Assembly: GCA_965655095.1 (NCBI GenBank)
Contig: OZ296650.1
Span: 26,288,001-26,352,000 of the forward strand
DNA length: 64,000 nucleotides
Direction: 5' to 3'
From: Haplodiscus bocki
Taxonomy: Eukaryota
Shown here: positions 60,549-64,000 of the stretch, one piece after another
Layout: each line of letters opens with the position of its first letter
How positions within the stretch are numbered: position 1 is the stretch's first letter
The notes under the pieces: generated by a model
The model's database searches: none
The model's input: only the letters and a program-made list of their open reading frames with translations
Told to the model about the DNA's origin: nothing
Translations under genes and position numbers: made by a program

Positions 60549-63500
60549 TTAAAATTTCTAGCCGAATTTGTTTTCCGTCTCAATTTGGTATTTGGTTCGA
60601 AAATGTTGCATCACTTTTCAGAAGAGAAGATCAGTTGCTATTTCTCCGACATATTTATGACTCACACAAAAACCCAAAATTAAAAAAATGTAAAAAAATT
60701 TGAAAAATGCTCAAGCTAAATACTAATATTTCGAACTTTTTCAAACTTCTGCAAGTTTCAAACTATTTTCTTTGCCAGCCAAAAATTCCCTATGCTAAAG
60801 TCGTTTATAATTTTTTTGGATAAGAAAATATACGTCTTGATAGATGAAGCTTAACCCAGCTGTACGAAAATTATCAAGTCTCTTAAACTCTCACACAGGT
60901 GATTATGGAGACGATTACGAAAACTGAAGTGGTGAATAAAAGCAGTCAACCAAAAATGTAGAGCAATGGATTTCCAGCAACTAATGTCAGCAATTCTTAT
61001 AACCCGATAAAGTGAACTTGCTTATCGGATTTTAATAAAATATGATAATATGCGTTTCCATGATAAGCTACAACAAGCAGGTGCAGAAAAATCAGGAAGG
61101 GTTTTTCCGAATGTATCTTAGAAAAGTAATCGGAAACTTCAGTTTTGCAAAAGTTCCGACAGTTTCAACTCATACAATATTTTAGCTTGCCTTACGTTTT
61201 CATATCCTGGTGATCTGAGCTATAATTCTTCCTTTTTAGACGCGTTTGTTCGCTCTAGTTGATTTCTAAACGTGGAAGATGAGAATATTGCTGATATTCC
61301 AAGTATGCTGACGGGGAAATTAATCACTGGTCATTTTCCAGAATAGCAACTTCGAAAATTCGCCGCTATTTGTCCGGTAAATAACCGCTTCTCTGGTTAA
61401 TTTTGAGAACCGGAAAATTTTCAACCAATATTTCAACCCGGAACGTCACGTTCGTTTCACCTCACATTCATTTCACTTTAAGTTTCAAAAAACCATTATA
61501 ACAAGGAAGTTGCCTGTAGTTTTTTATTCTATTAAAAGCGTCTCAGCCTGTTTATGAGCAATTAGCAAGTAAAACACCAACTTTGCGTCAAGACACTTTG
61601 CGCAAATGCTTTGTTTCGCACCATATTCAACGCCTTGTGAACAACATGGCCACATTCAGCGGTGTCCGTGAGACTCAAATTGTCGCAATTTTTAGGATTA
61701 GGGAAACAATGGTCGTTTTGAAAATTTTCGTTTTCCAGAGAAGTTTTTAAAGCAAAAAGACGGAAAGCAGAGTTCCACAATCTTTATTATTGGCTTTTTC
61801 GGAGAAAATATTGGCAATTGGCAAAAGAGATATCTCAAACGTTTGTATTTGCGTTTTTGGAATGTTCGTGGAACTTAGTTTGCCTAAAAGTTCTTGTTAC
61901 ATCAACGGGGTATCACGAGAATTTTAGTCTTTTTGGTTATAGCCTCTTCAGAAACTTGTTCAACATTTGTTTTTCTTTCAGATAATTCGTCCGTATGAGC
62001 TAAAGGGTATTTATATCTGGAAGTTCCGTACCACAAAATCTTTCCTTCCTTCTACAAAGAAAAAAAATTTCAAGAACTGCTAAATTAAAGTAGTTTTTTT
62101 TCTCCATAATGTATTATCATAACACGCTTGCAATATTAATGGTAATAATAAATGGTAAATTAAACAACGTTAATGATCAAAAAGTTCCTCTTTGGACAAT
62201 GTCGGGATAACGTTCTCCTGAAACTTATGAAAAAAACTAATTGCACTTTTTTTTCGAAATTAGCCTAAAATATTAGCCGCCAAAAGTTCGAAATTGGCCC
62301 TTTAATTGATAAATGTATGTCGCCTTTTGCTTGCTTGATATCATAACAAAACCATGGGGCTTTTATCAGCAAAATATTTTTTATTTTTAAAAAAAAGTAT
62401 CAAATCAATGTCGGGTGAAATTAACGTGAGGTGAAAATAACGTGGGGTAAACTGATAAGAGTTGAAAGAACTCGGTTGAATTAACACCAAACTGTTCATA
62501 TGAGAAATCGGCAAATATCGATTTATATATACGTGAGACGGAAGTTGACCTGACAATCTCGATCCTTCAGGCATCGCGTTTCCTTCAGTGGGGCGGATGG
62601 AACTCTTTTCGTTGATTTCTTTCACTGACTGGGTCAACGCTTCTAACTGTAGACAAAGGAGCGACAATGACTTATTTTTCGGTCAGTCCAATTGGAAGTC
62701 ACTATTCGATTTAGCAGTTGCGATCAGAGGTTCTACTCTCCAACGCTACCCGATTCCCCGAATGATGTGCATGTTCAAGTTCGACGAAAGGTCTGAAAGT
62801 CGTTCAGTTCATTTCGGACATGATTTTTTTTCGCTAAAACTTGTATTTTCACCAATGGAGGTAAAATTAGTTTTCCAGGCTATTTCTCTCACTTTCATAC
62901 ATGAAATGCACCAAAATCAAAACTTGAGTTTTAGAGTACTTTTTATTCTGTCCCGAAAGCATTTATATCACCAGAGTTTCCATGTTCAATTTTGGTTTCT
63001 TTGGATACTCTACTGTAATTGTTCATTCTACTGTTTTCATTACGTTAGCTGGCCTTTGTTTTTGTCAATTTTCCAAACCTTTTTTATGTCCAGGTGAGTG
63101 AATCGCTACATGTCTTGCTTTGATGTGGAGTTCTCTTTCAACTCAACTGTTCCTTTCACTCCCATTTGTCAGTATACTTCAGTAAATCAAGACGTGTACA
63201 TCATAGAGTTGATTGTTATTCCATATTACATGCTACTTTCAGCTGAAGATTTGTCCAAATCATACTTCCGCACTGTTTTTCTTAGTACACTTGAAGTGGT
63301 TGGTACGATTTTTTTGTGTAATGCAATTTTTGTATCCGTTCGTCTTTATTACGTGCGTTTGTGGTTTTGTCCCATTGGTAATTTTGGATGGAAATATCTC
63401 GGCTCAATCCACTGGTGTTGGTTCTGGACCAGTTTCTAATAATCATATAATATAGTTGCTTTCATATAGTGGGGGTGGGGAAAGTGATAAGGGATATCGG

Positions 63501-64000
63501 TTTTTCTATCGGGTCATATACTTCGCTGCATTAAATATTTATCTCTTAGGTTTTAATGGACAGACTGAGGGCTTCATATTACGACCTAAATTTCTTGCAT
63601 ATTGACATTTGTTTAGTGGTTTTTCCATCGTGTGATGATGACAACATGTCACAAGCAAACACCAAATTTATTCGGATTAATGTTTTACAAATGTCTTAAA
63701 ATGAGCAATTGCCCCAAATGGGAGCTGATTAATTTTCCTTCCCGAGAGTGGGACAAAAATGCCGCTTTTATATGAGACAGCAGTTGATTTTTAAAATGAT
63801 TCAAAAACACTGATTGCAATAATGAGACAAGGTTGCGGCATCGGAAAAAAAAACGATGCAAGGAGATGATTTGGTTGATTAAACGAAACCACTGTCTGCC
63901 TTTTTAGAACTGAGAGTGGTGTCATGACTGAATGATATGTGTCAAAATTGCTTTCGACAAAAGCGTTTGGCGTTTTAACTTAAATTTTGATAAGTAGCAA

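Noticed and set aside
60600-64000. ORFs 62588-63097 and 63098-63439, and possible further Polinton-like remnants
   Set aside because: No recognisable motifs; these ORFs look like antisense shadows of decayed A-rich coding sequence.

Overview
Eukaryotic, AT-rich window that looks like an invertebrate animal genome. It is almost entirely transposon-derived and has a 200-N scaffold gap at 59828-60027. The only intact host gene is an intronless mitochondrial presequence protease (PITRM1/PreP, M16C; 30330-33443). The central structure is a nested stack at 15.6-29.6 kb. The oldest layer is a minus-strand Penelope-like retroelement (RT + GIY-YIG) whose direct terminal repeats carry a minimal hammerhead-ribozyme motif. 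Inserted into it are (i) a 1972-bp hAT transposon with TIRs and a perfect 8-bp TSD, and (ii) an apparently full-length CR1-group LINE, whose (CTA)n tail was in turn split by a TIR element. The LINE is the most unusual object. It has three ORFs: a stand-alone SGNH esterase, a PHD-finger ORF1, and APE-RT. A duplicated, covarying RNA stem-loop motif lies between the first two ORFs, and ORF2 has no ATG and follows ORF1 in frame across a TGA-CTA readthrough-type stop. The rest of the window holds heavily decayed Polinton/Maverick remnants (PolB, capsid, ATPase; at least two types), BEL/Pao and Gypsy fragments, older LINEs, an internally deleted Tigger/pogo element and Helitron-like repeats. Calls on decayed elements come from motif recognition by eye, so their boundaries are approximate.
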